DNA of 64,000 nt, from the NCBI GenBank assembly GCA_964016885.1, contig OZ024751.1, positions 41,416,001 to 41,480,000 on the forward strand, read 5' to 3'. Position 1 is the first letter of the stretch, and each line of letters begins with the position of its first letter. Positions 13,251 through 26,000 of this stretch are shown one piece after another. The translations under genes were made by a program, and so were the position numbers. Below the pieces are notes generated by a model. The model made no database searches, had not been told where the DNA came from, and was given only the letters and a program-made list of their open reading frames with translations. The DNA comes from Eledone cirrhosa. Taxonomy: Eukaryota.

Positions 13251-13259
13251 GATAGTCTA

Positions 13260-13465
13260 TCGACTTTCGTCAAATCGGACCGAGGAAACAATGCTTCCAT
13301 TGGTCTTTCCAATTGCTAATACTATCTATAGGTCGCAGCTCCAGCTAGAAGGAGCAACGTGAAATAAAGTGACTGAAGGACATAGCCCATCGCCTGGTCC
13401 AGGAAACGAACCCAAAACCTAATGATTGTGTATCCAATTCTCTAACAACTCAGCCAAGCAGCCAA
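13260..13465 (-). mobile_element. SINE family B
   Basis: Reverse complement of the 16702-16900 type. Confidence 0.7.
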
Positions 13466-13733
13466 GTTCCTTCACTAAAATATATATAGATTAACATATA
13501 TATAGATGAACATATATATTCTGAACATAAATTATTCGACGGATTTCTTTCGGTTTCGATTAGTAGAAGATATTGCTCATGAAGCCAACGTGTAAGTGGC
13601 AGAGCATTCCAGGGAGATTCAGCGTGACACGATGTGTGACAAAGCTGGTATTACAGATACAACTCATTTTTGCCAGCTAAGTGGACTGGAGCAACGTGAA
13701 ATAAAGTGCGTTGCTCGTGGAAACATCTCGCCA

Positions 13734-13783
<50 letters not shown>

Positions 13784-13817
13784 TACTGTACGTCTGTATA
13801 CATATATGTATGTGTGC

Positions 13818-13853
<36 letters not shown>

Positions 13854-14075
13854 TACTGTACGTCTGTATACATATATGTATGTACGTGTACATACTTATA
13901 TTTAAGTAACAGCCGTACTAAGAGTGGGAAATGAAATTTCGTTTCATTTTTTCCGTTTATCGTTTTCGGTGCACCCGGCCGATTAACCCACTCGATATGC
14001 AAATTGGACTACTCAGCCGTTAATATGCATAAGGTAAGGTAAGTATATACGTTCAACAATCTGGCAGGAAGGTAT

Positions 14076-14118
14076 ACGTTGCTGACGATAGCTAATAAGC
14101 TTGAAACTAGTACAGCGT
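14076..14118 (+). ncRNA. Minimal type I hammerhead ribozyme
   Basis: ACGTTG-CTGACGA(14082-14088)-tAGCT aata AGCTt-GAAA(14103-14106)-CTAG-TA then CAGCGT. 6-bp stem I including one G.U pair, palindromic CTAG. Confidence 0.75.
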
Positions 14119-14374
14119 TCCTTTGTCAGTGTTGAACAAACGAGCAACGATGGTTGCTGGACACTACGGCTTAATACGGGATGTTTGTTTACAAACACAC
14201 CGAGCATTATAATAAATGTTCGGTGAATCCATACGTACACATATATATGTGTGCATGTATGTATATATATATACATACTACTGTACGTCTGTATACATAT
14301 ATGTATGTACGTGTACATACTTATATTTAAGTAACAGCCGTACTAAGAGTGGGAAATGAAATTTCGTTTCATCC

Positions 14375-14439
<65 letters not shown>

Positions 14440-14776
14440 GATGAATATAAAATGAAAGTGCTTTTTCTAAAAAAGGAATTAAAAAAAGCACTTTCATTTT
14501 ATATTCATCTTTTTCTACATTTTCTCCGGAATATAATTTATACTCGTTGAGCAAACCTACACATACGCTGTTCATCTCTAACGTGACGATATATTATCAC
14601 TACATTATTGATAACCTGAAATTTTATATATATATATATATATATGCAAAAGTTTTATTTAAGATTGTTGGGTTACAACGAGTAAATATTTTATAACTGA
14701 TATAAAAGCACTCAACAGTTTCTGGAGTAGGTTTACGATATTAAACAAATGGAAACTATATTTATAAAACCATATT

Positions 14777-14842
14777 TATTTCGTTATATATATTTCTGGG
14801 ATATCATATTAAAAATATGGTATGCCTTCCTCAGACAAAATA
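14777..14842 (-). ncRNA. Mirror copy of the 14983-15048 hammerhead, left arm of palindrome
   Basis: Reverse complement of 14983-15048 (tcctcag at 14828-14834). Confidence 0.7.
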
Positions 14843-14982
14843 CAATACATAAGCTGTTTTATAAATAATTAGTGACATACCTTGTAATAATGCAACTTCC
14901 ATTTAAAAAATCAACTTTTTAAATGGAAGTTGCATTATTACAAGGTATGTCACTAATTATTTATAAAACAGCTTATGTATTG

Positions 14983-15048
14983 TATTTTGTCTGAGGAAGG
15001 CATACCATATTTTTAATATGATATCCCAGAAATATATATAACGAAATA
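14983..15048 (+). ncRNA. Minimal hammerhead ribozyme, right arm of palindrome
   Basis: TATTTTGT-CTGAGGA(14991-14997)-stem II-GAAA(15029-15032)-T ATAT A-TA then ACGAAATA. The closing pair of stem II is mismatched. Confidence 0.7.
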
Positions 15049-15089
15049 AATATGGTTTTATAAATATAGTTTCCATTTGTTTAATATCG

Positions 15090-15128
<39 letters not shown>

Positions 15129-15499
15129 CTGTGTGTATATATATAGATTTTAAACCTACATATGTTCATCTTTATAGAATACTCAGAAATATTGGTAATT
15201 ACTGAAGCAAAAATACAAGAAACAGTTTTATAGTCATCCATAAATCGAGGAGCTCTCCAACCACACATATTCTAGTTTCACTATCACTTTTAAGACGTTG
15301 TAACTGAATTGACATTCCGATTCGATATACTCATCAAACTTTTATGCCAAAAGAAGCCATCATAAAATTCATCTTTACAATCCATTTCTTTTAACGTTTT
15401 CCCATTCGCTTATTCCTCTTCTGTTGTTGTTATTATTATTATTATTGTTATTATTATTATTTTTATTATTATTATTGTTATTATTATTATTTCTATTAT

Positions 15500-15765
15500 T
15501 ATCCTTACTGCTTTACCGAGCACAATTATGTGTGCCTTGGGTGTATGCAGTGTTGTTTTTACTGGTGTTGTTTCTATTGTATTGATAGTACTCTTCTTAA
15601 TGTGTGCAGTGTCTTTTGTAAGTCCTGGGGTTTTGGTTATGTATTTGTCTGTGTGTGTGTTTTTTTTTTATCATTCCTAGAGCATTTATTATTAAAGGTA
15701 TTGCTTCAGTTTTCATTTTCCACATTCGAGTTGTTTCTACCTCTAGATCTTTATATTTGGAGACA

Positions 15766-15766
<1 letters not shown>
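15500..15766 (-). mobile_element. 3' fragment of an R4/Dong-type (RLE) non-LTR retrotransposon within (TAA)n
   Basis: SKYKDLEVETTRMWKMKTEAIPLIINALGMIKK. (ATT)n tracts on both sides. Confidence 0.7.
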
Positions 15767-15817
<51 letters not shown>

Positions 15818-15819
15818 GA

Positions 15820-15985
15820 GAGTCGGACACCATGCTTTGAAGCATAGTTTTACGGCTCTTTATGATCTGAGTTCAAATTCCGCCGAGGTTAACTTTGCCT
15901 TTCATCCTTACGGGGTCGATAAAATAAAGTACCAGTAATGTACTGGGTAATTGCTGGCCTTGTGCCAAAAGTAGAAACAATTATT
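15820..15985 (+). mobile_element. tRNA-derived SINE family A (other + copies at 32118-32298, 33757-33941, 47865-48048)
   Basis: gttcaaat(t/c)ccgccgaggttaactttgcctttcatccttacggggtcgataaaataaagtaccag...gctggccttgtgccaaaagtagaaac-(att)n. Confidence 0.85.
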
Positions 15986-16605
15986 ATTATTATTTTAGCT
16001 TTCTATCCAAGGGGAAAGTTGGCAGATCGTTAGAATGTTGGATAGAATTGCTTTACGTTATTCATTCCGGCTATTTGTACGTTGAGATCAATACCCGCTG
16101 AATCGATCCCTACCCCAACTCCCCTTCAAATTGCTGGCCTTGTGCCAAATATAGAAACAACTATTATTCGATTTTTATTTCTCGTTCTTCAATTTTCTTT
16201 TAAACATCCTTCCTTTATGCGTTGAACATTTAACCCGAAACTCGGTTTGCGATATTTGCTACACAAATGTCAGACTTAGTTTCTTGTGTAGCCTACAGGC
16301 GACATGATGCTGGGTTCTAGTTCTTCCTACTTGTTAACCTTTTGTTTGAAATATTAAGAGAGCAGAATCTGCTGAAATAAGACGACGAAAAGTCAGAAAC
16401 TAAAAAGAAGATACGTTTAACAATACAACATCTGACTGAATGATATTCCTGAAAACTGATGTGTAGGCGTAGATATTACGTAGAGTGGGTAAAGTGTTAG
16501 CTTCGCAACCAGTTCGTTTGGGTTTGGGGTTCAATCTTACTGCGTGGCAGATTGTGACAAGTGTATTCACACATACACACATACACACATACACACATAC
16601 ACACA

Positions 16606-16645
<40 letters not shown>

Positions 16646-16701
16646 AATAGATAAATATATATATATATATTTATACATATACATAATATATGTGTGTTAT
16701 G

Positions 16702-16900
16702 TGAAGGCGCGTGGCTGAGTGGTTAGAGAATTGGATTCACAATCGTGAGGTTGTGAGTTCGTTTCCTGGACCGGGCGATGCGTTATGTCCTTGAGCAGGA
16801 CACTTTATTTCATGTGCTCCTTCTACCTGGAGTTGCGACCGATAGATAGTATTAGCAATTGGAAAGACCAACGGTAACATTGTTTCCTCGGTCATTCGAC
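16702..16900 (+). mobile_element. SINE family B (close copies at 50600-50793 and 61488-61690, both +)
   Basis: gaaggcgcgtggctgagtggttagag...gagttcg...ccttgagcaggacactttatt. Confidence 0.8.
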
Positions 16901-17151
16901 TGTGTGTGTGTGTGTGTGTGTGCGTGTGTGTGTGTGTGTGTGTGCGTGTGTGTGTGCGTGTGTGTGTGTGTGCGTGTGTGTGAATGCGTATGTGAGCGTG
17001 TATGTGTGAGGAAGTGAGACAGATATAAAATAAAGTACCAGTAATACACTGGAATCGATTTAAATAAACTTTCCCCTTCCCGAATATTGTTGGCCTTGTG
17101 TCTAAATCAGAAACCTTTATTATATTTTGCTTATATAATTACAGTATTGAG

Positions 17152-17197
<46 letters not shown>

Positions 17198-17699
17198 AAT
17201 ATCATGAAACTATAAATTAAAGCTTGATATAGATATACTGTAGGCTATTGAATGTAATTACTACATCACTTAAGCGGCAACAGTAGAACAATATTAACCC
17301 TTTACAGGAAATTATAAAGATGAAAATTTATATTTTTAATTATCTACAACGGTATTGCCTTTCTGAAGAATAAGGGCGCCAACATATTTTAATAAATCTT
17401 GATAGCATTCTCCCATTGCTTAAGAACTGTTATCACGCCTTCTTTATCAATACGGTTGTTTTAACCATTGCTTAATCAGATAGTGGAATCTTCGGTCTCC
17501 ATAAAGGCAGCGCAGTTTATTCTTAACTTTTCGCGTTTTTTTTTTGTTTAATTTTGTTTTCGTATTTTATGCATTTTTGTTTATCTGATGCTTGAAATAT
17601 TTCTTCTAAGTCCTTCGTCTTAAAATTATTACCTCTATTCATATTTATAATAAGTTTTTCAAAAGATATTTGCTCATTTATTTAGGTACCTCACTTCTC

Positions 17700-18292
17700 T
17701 AAAATGTTTGGCCTTGTGGCTTAATCAGAAACCATTATTTGTGGTAGGAGTTCAAATCCCACTAAAGTCAACAGTTAACTTTGCCTTTTATTTTTCCAAG
17801 GTCGATAAATAAAGTACCAGTCACGTGCTGGTGTCGATGTAATCAATTTTCACTCTTTCCAAATTATTCACTTGCGCCAAAATCAGAAAGTATTTTTTGC
17901 CTTTCATCCTTACGGGGTCGATAAAATAAAGTACCAATAATACACTGGGTAATTGCTGGCCTTGTGCCAAAAGTAGAAACAATTATTATTTTACATCATA
18001 GAATTATGGCCCTTTACGTTCTGAGCTCAAATCCCGCCGAGGTTAACTTTGCCTTTCATCCTTACGGAGTCGATACAATAAAGTACCAGTCACGCACTGG
18101 GGTCGATTTAATCGACTTTCCCCTCCCCCAAATTGCTGGCCTTGTGCCTATATAAGAAACCATTATTATTTTACAGTTCAACTCCGGCCGAGGTTAACTT
18201 TGCCTTTCATCCTTACGAGGTCAATAAAACAAAGTACCAGTAATGCACTGGGATAATTGCTGGCCTTGTGCCAAAAGTAGAAACAATTACTA
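17700..18292 (+). mobile_element. Head-to-tail cluster of about four SINE family A pieces
   Basis: Repeated tttgcctttcatccttacg...aaagtacc cores at about 17780, 17897, 18048 and 18199. Confidence 0.85.
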
Positions 18293-18297
18293 TTTGT

Positions 18298-18299
18298 GA

Positions 18300-18343
<44 letters not shown>

Positions 18344-18366
18344 TCAGTAGTAGTAGTAGTAGTATC

Positions 18367-18400
<34 letters not shown>

Positions 18401-18432
18401 TCAGCAGCAGCAGCAGCAGCAGTAGCAGCAGC
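18298..18432. repeat. (AGT)n grading into (AGC)n
   Basis: Direct reading. Confidence 0.95.
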
Positions 18433-18724
18433 GTTGTATCATAGCCGTGCTGGTTTAGACATAAACTTCACCGTTCTGTAAATGGGGTTTTATGGCTATA
18501 ATTGTGATTAAAGACGTTTTCAGGTGAAAAAGGTGTTAAACATCTTAGTAACTTCTCTTATATATACAGACACATTGTCGCTTGTAGTCAGTAGACAAAC
18601 GTGTTCATTAAAAGTGCCAATAAATTTGATGTTTGAAGAAGGAAGAGGATGGGTGTGAGACGACAAACGTGATTGTGGTAATGATAAATATAAATATATC
18701 GCCTGCTACAAATATCTCGCTTGT

Positions 18725-19240
18725 CAGAATAAATAATTGTTTCTTACATAGGCACAAGGCCAGCAATTATCTCAGTTCATTACTGGTACTTTATTTTATC
18801 GACCCCGTAAGGATGAAAGGCAAAGTTAACCTCGGCGGGATTTGAACTCAGAATGGCAAGGGCCGTAACTCTATGCGTCAAAGCATGGCGTCCGACCCTC
18901 TACCGATACTGCCAACCCACCGTCAGAATAAATAATTGTTTCTACTTTAGGCACAAGGCCAGCAATTATCCCAGTGTATTACTGGTACTTTATTTTATCG
19001 ACCTCGTAAGGATGAAAGGCAAAGTTAACCTCGGCGGGATTTGAACTCAGAATGGCAAGGGCCGTAACTCTATGCGTCAAAGCATGGCATCCGACCCTCT
19101 ACCGATACTGCCAGAATAAATAATGATTTCTAGTATAGGCACAAGGCCAGCAATTTGGGGGGAGGGTAAAGTCGATTAAATCGATCCCAGTACGTTACAA
19201 GTACTTTATTTTATCGACCCTGTAAGGATGAAAAGCAAGG
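18725..19240 (-). mobile_element. Cluster of three SINE family A copies (two form a 199-bp tandem duplication); other minus copies at 31394-31490, 36000-36155, 41335-41530
   Basis: cagaataaataat units start at 18725, 18924 and about 19112. Confidence 0.85.
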
Positions 19241-20202
19241 TGTGACCTGTGTGGGTGTCTTATGAAAGCTTCCATTTTACTGACTTAGCACATTGTGTGT
19301 CAATGTCATAAGCGGCAATATGTCATATAAGAAAATATCTCACAGCTGGCAACTATTGTAGAGAATCAATGTTTAGTCTCATACACACATACACATACAC
19401 TTATATAGACACATATGCATACACATACACATAAACACACATACACATACTCTTACAGAGACACACATCAACTCAAACTCTCATAAGCATAAACAAGCAC
19501 ACACGCCACACAACACACAGACATATATACACCAGAATACACACACACACACACACACACATACACACCCACAAACCCTCACACACACATACACACATAC
19601 ACACAGACATATAACACCAGAATACACCCCTCACACACACATACACACACACACCACTATACACAAATACACACACACATTGATTCTTTGATGTTCGTAT
19701 TCTGTTACTCTTTGTCCATTGTTGATGATTGAGGTTGAATATGTGTGTGTGTGTATGTGTGTGTATGTGTATGTGTGTGTGTGTGTGTATGTGTGTGTGT
19801 GTATGTGTGTGTCTATGTGTCTATGTCTGTATGTGTGTGTGAGTATGTTGTTGTATATGTGTGTGTGTGTCTGTGTGTCTGTGTGTGTATCTGTTTTACA
19901 GGAATACGCATCACAACACACACACGCACACACACACACACAGTCATACACCCACATACATGTGCACACACAACACCGGGAGCAGCACCACCACAACTAC
20001 ACACAAGCTCCAGTACCACACACACCACTACCACTACAACACACACACCATTATCAACACCACCATCACAACCACCACTACGGTATATCACCATCATACA
20101 CACCCCCACCACCACCAACAACATTACAAACACCATCACCAACAGGTGACATTGTGGTTATATTATTTTAGTTATATAATATAGATACATGTCTAAACGT
20201 GT

Positions 20203-20264
<62 letters not shown>

Positions 20265-20374
20265 TAAAATAACAGATTAAAGTCTAAGCAAAGAATCGCT
20301 GCTTTCACCCTTAACGGGATCTTCTGAAACTTATCGAGCCCTCTTTGGATTTTAGTCTTCAAATTTATTATTAT

Positions 20375-20412
<38 letters not shown>

Positions 20413-20442
20413 AAATAAAAATCTGAAGACAAGGTAAAATTT

Positions 20443-20540
20443 CCAATCATTTTAATCACGACACATGTTTCAATAAGAGATAGATCGATCGTGAAACCAT
20501 GATCGATTATCACTGATCTCGTCAGGTGAAAATGAATTGT
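20443..20540 (-). ncRNA. Minimal type I hammerhead ribozyme
   Basis: Minus strand: cattttcac-CTGACGA-long stem II (ATCGATC/GATCGAT core)-GAAA-C ATGT G-TC then gtgattaaaatg. GUC triplet and bulged stem I. Confidence 0.75.
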
Positions 20541-20573
20541 CTTCAAATTCTTGATATGAGGGAAAAAATTTCG

Positions 20574-20612
<39 letters not shown>

Positions 20613-20616
<4 letters not shown>

Positions 20617-20813
20617 AACCAGTAAGACCCCGACAGCTGAGCTCAAGCCGTTTCGACGGCTAATTCTGGACTCCACAGTCCAGAATTAGCCGTCGAAACG
20701 GCTTGAGCTCAGCTGTCGGGGTCTTACTGGTTCCTATTACCCACTCTACTACCTCAAGTATTGAGTACTTTGGTGCGTTATGGTCCACTTGGTTCCTTAC
20801 CACATTTCCTTCG

Positions 20814-20865
<52 letters not shown>

Positions 20866-21020
20866 CGAAGGAAATGTGGTAAGGAACCAGGTGGACCATA
20901 ACGCACCAAATTACTCAATACTTAGGGTAGTAGAGTGGGTAATAGGAACGAGTAGGACCCCGACGGCTGAGCTCAAGCCGTTTCGACGGCTAATTCTGGA
21001 GTCCAGAAATCCTACTCGTT

Positions 21021-21023
<3 letters not shown>
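20613..21023. mobile_element. Two tail-to-tail copies of the same cassette around a (TA)n tract, each with a fold-back end
   Basis: 20613-20736 is palindromic. 20678-20815 is the inverse of 20862-21000. Short deleted fold-back at 21001-21023. Confidence 0.8.
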
Positions 21024-21074
<51 letters not shown>

Positions 21075-21132
21075 ATATATATATATAATTTTATAACTCC
21101 CTATATATATAGTTGAGCTCTATATATCTATA

Positions 21133-21219
<87 letters not shown>

Positions 21220-21506
21220 CTACAATACTTACTTGAATAGTGTATACTTATGTCAATACATATGGCTTTGCCTTTGAAATCTGCCTTTCTCTCAGAAGAT
21301 TTACCGCTTTTTCTTAGAGTAAGATAAGTATTGATTGACAGACAGATGCATGTATGCTCCCGCCCACCACATATATATGTAGAACACCTGCTTCTGTCTG
21401 TATGAGAGGGAGAGTGAGAGGTGGGATAGAAGAGGGATAGGAAGAGGGGAGAGAAAAGGAGAAGGAGAAGAAAAATTGAATAAGAACAGAAAGAAAAGGG
21501 TGTGAG

Positions 21507-21628
<122 letters not shown>

Positions 21629-21799
21629 CTTTTTATGAAGGTATTTGTACAGCTTTCATTGATCGTTGGAATGTCAAAAAGTCTATTAACTATTGCCTTG
21701 ACTACAAATCTCAATCTTTCCACAAGAGAAAATTGACCAGGCATACTGTATAACATAGGAATACATATATACATACACACATACGAATACATATAGATA

Positions 21800-21850
<51 letters not shown>

Positions 21851-21852
<2 letters not shown>

Positions 21853-22207
21853 TTATTAAATAAATGGAAACTATATTTATAAAACCATATTTATTCACTT
21901 ATATATATTTCAAAGGTACCAAAACTTTGGTACGCTCTCATCAGATAAATTATAAAGTTTGTTTTATAAATATTGACATAACCAAGAAAAAATACCTTAA
22001 CGGTTCAAGTTTTTCCTGGATAGTCAGGAAAAACTATCCAGGAAAAAACTTGAACCGTTAAGGTATTTTTTCTTGGTTATGTCAATATTTATAAAACAAA
22101 CTTTGTATTTTATCTGATGAGAGCGTACCAAAGTTTTGGTACCCTTGAAATATATATAAGTGAATAAATATGGTTTTATAAATATAGTTTCCATTTATTT
22201 AATAACA
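21851..22207. repeat. Long palindrome, arms about 174 bp, same family as 14734
   Basis: Reverse-complement arms about 22025-22033. Shares aaatggaaactatatttataaaaccatatttatt with the 14734 element. Confidence 0.9.
22106..22168 (+). ncRNA. Minimal hammerhead ribozyme, right arm of palindrome (mirror copy on minus strand at about 21890-21952)
   Basis: CTGATGA(22114-22120)-GAGCGTACCAAA gt TTTGGTACCCTT-GAAA(22147-22150)-T ATAT A-TA. Stem I is weak or bulged. Confidence 0.65.
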
Positions 22208-22345
22208 CTGAATATTATACTCGAGAAAATCTGTCGAGTGCTCTGAATCAGTTATAAACATTTATATTTGTTGAATTACCAACTAACTCAAGTATATATG
22301 TGGATATATTCATGTATATGTATGTGTCCGCATGTATCTGTGTGT

Positions 22346-22501
<156 letters not shown>

Positions 22502-22673
22502 ATAATACTATTTATAGTTATGTATATACTATAAACAACTATAAACAGGAAAGGTCAGTAATTTCTACTACTTTATTACCAGTAAGAGAAATACCTCAAT
22601 GTAATGACATCAGTTGTTTTACAGAGCAGGAAAATAAAATTAGACAATTATCAAAGTTGTGTTCAAATCATTT

Positions 22674-22726
22674 AATAGTTGACAATCGTTTCTTCCAAAT
22701 TTTCGTTTGGAGTCATCGGAGCATTA
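22674..22726 (-). ncRNA. Hammerhead-like fold with variant core CCGATGA
   Basis: Minus strand: aatgct-CCGATGA-cTCCAAA cgaaaa TTTGGAa-GAAA-C GATT G-TC-aactatt. Same family as 43661 and 63000. Confidence 0.55.
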
Positions 22727-23898
22727 TCAATGTTTGCACATATAATTAACCTCCTATTCAACTGAACAATCATATAGATACATATATATGGATGTTGTGA
22801 GCAACAGTTTCGTATTTATAGGGTGTACTGGATGCGACAATATATCAAACGAGAATTATACAATAATTCAAATTAAAAGCACAGAGTGGAATACATGCAA
22901 CAGATAATACAAGAGAATAGTCTAATAATTAAAGAGTCATTGAGAAAGAAGCATAGAGAGAGGAATAGTACATTAGCAGTACATATACAAGCGTGTAGAA
23001 AGTTCACATGCGTTAGTCATATATATGAGAAGGAAATAAGCAAAGGTATTATGCATATATAGATAAGTAAATACTGTATGGTAAACAAATATGTTAATGT
23101 ATTAAAATCTATGGCGGATGTAATATGTAGATAGTGTTCGAATTTGTGTGTTGAGAAAAACAAAGTTACTGCAGTCTTTTCCATTACATATGTTGAATTA
23201 TATTTAAGTTAATGTTTATATTGAATGTTTTAAGTTAGTTAAAGCAATGGATTGTAAATTAATCTTATTGTATTCTTATTCCTGGATTAATGTTGTTCAA
23301 CAGGTAGTTTTTCCAACGGTTTAATTTCCGGAAGTGAGTATGTGATCCAAGATTAAGGGGAGCTAATGCGTAAGGGGAGGTAACTAGCTAATAAATTCAA
23401 TTATTTAAATTCTTTGCTCTAATACACATTATATTGTGATACAAGTGAATCTCTATTCCATAATGCTATATGTTTATACCTAATTTTAAATACAGAGTAT
23501 TTTCCTATAATACATTAAAGGTCTCATTAGATTGTTATCTATTCATTAATGGACAAGATATATGTATAGCAGTTTACATGACCAAGTAGTTATATCATTT
23601 TTGTAATATATACATTTTTGTGTTAAAAGTTAATCTCTTATATACAATGCTATTACTTTATATATTTAATTATGAATGTATATATAATTCTAACAGCATA
23701 AAGTTACCACTTTTTCGATAGCAAATGAGAAAATATATCTGAATTTATTTTCTCATTTACTTTCAAAACGTTAAAAGCTTAGTAAGTATAGCGTAATATG
23801 TTGAATACTGGTCTTCTCTTAAACAGTAACATATATATATATATATATATATACAAAATTACAAAAAACGTAGCGGACTGTGTGCTTACTGTAAACAA

Positions 23899-24055
23899 AG
23901 TGTAAGATAGTAATATGGACGGAAACAAAATAAGAAACCATTCATCAGCTCTTAACTGCGATCATAGATGTCTCGGCGCCGAAACATCTATGATCGCAGT
24001 TAACAGCTGATGAAGGGTTTCTTCTCTTGTTTACGTCCATATTACTATCTTGCAC

Positions 24056-24056
<1 letters not shown>
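23899..24056. repeat. Diverged spacer-less palindrome, arms about 79 bp
   Basis: Centred on tcggc|gccga (23977/23978), abutting (TA)n. Confidence 0.85.
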
Positions 24057-24088
<32 letters not shown>

Positions 24089-24105
24089 GTGTGTGTGTGT
24101 AGATA

Positions 24106-24144
<39 letters not shown>

Positions 24145-24160
24145 ATTATTATTATTATAT

Positions 24161-24640
24161 CAGATAGTATGGTGGACACGTTTGAAAGGGCTGAAGACGA
24201 GCACTTACCTCTTCGGTGATGCTCTGATTGACTTTTTCAAATTTCATTTGAAAAGGAAAATCAGAGTAGAGAGGGAAGTGCTCTCTTCCCAGCATTTTGT
24301 TGAAAGATGGGTGAGAGAAGCAAGAATGGCCCGAGTGAATGGGCCTACTCTGAGTATATATCTGTAAATTAAAGGTGGAAAACTGGGAGAGGGCACTTGC
24401 CTTGGTGGTCAGGGTCATTGTGGCTTTTTACTGGGCTTTCTCCACAAATGTCCCTCCGAAGTCTCCCCCCCTATTGGGGAATTTTTCATTGTTATTTTTT
24501 GTTACATCCTCTGTTTTTGTTTTTTACACGCAGAAATGCCCATTTGTACCGTCCTGCATTGTCCTGCACTGTCCTTAATGTCTACTTTATGTAAACCCTT
24601 GTAGTTAATAAAGAAATCCTTATTATTATTATTATTATTA
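24161..24640 (+). mobile_element. 5'-truncated Tx1/L1-type LINE 3' end in (ATT)n
   Basis: Open C-terminus IVWWTRLKG...FVERW...stop at 24367, 3' UTR, AATAAA at about 24607, (ATT)n on both sides. Confidence 0.6.
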
Positions 24641-24778
24641 TATCATATAAGACGTTGTACTTAGTGCAAAACTAAAGGGTTGAATGCACTACGAAATACC
24701 AATGTCGTCAACTTCTCAGACCAGATTTATGATCAGTCTCTTTCTTTTTCTCTAATAGATATAACTGTGGATGACACT

Positions 24779-25388
<610 letters not shown>

Positions 25389-25845
25389 ACAGTAGGACAA
25401 GTATAATACAATATCAAATTGACTGTTTGACTGATCTCTTCTTTCTCAGTCAATCTTATGAAGCAACGGTCAGTGTTCACTTGATATAAGTATCTGACCT
25501 TTAGTTGTTGAAATACTTAGGTGAAACTTGTTGGTGACACTCCATCTGGAAATTTCAGCGTTGACATTCGAGTTGAAATGCTAATGTACATTTAATATGA
25601 CATTAGTGATCTCTACTACTCCAACAACCAGTATGATTACTAGCAGTATACTACTACTACTCTTACTACCAATACTTTCGTATTATAGCTACTGATACTG
25701 TTTATAAAGACAATGATATTAATGGTGGATTTTGATTTAGGCACAAGGCCAGAAATGTTTGTGGAAGCAGGAAACGAAATGAACATTGAAAATAAATGAT
25801 TGTAGAAATACCAACACCCACGCACGCACACACACACACACACAC

Positions 25846-25949
<104 letters not shown>

Positions 25950-25968
25950 ACACACACACACACACGCA

Positions 25969-26000
<32 letters not shown>

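Larger units (their letters stand above)
14734..15091. repeat. Near-perfect palindrome, arms about 176 bp, 6-nt loop
   Basis: Left and right arms are reverse complements about 14910-14915. Confidence 0.9.
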
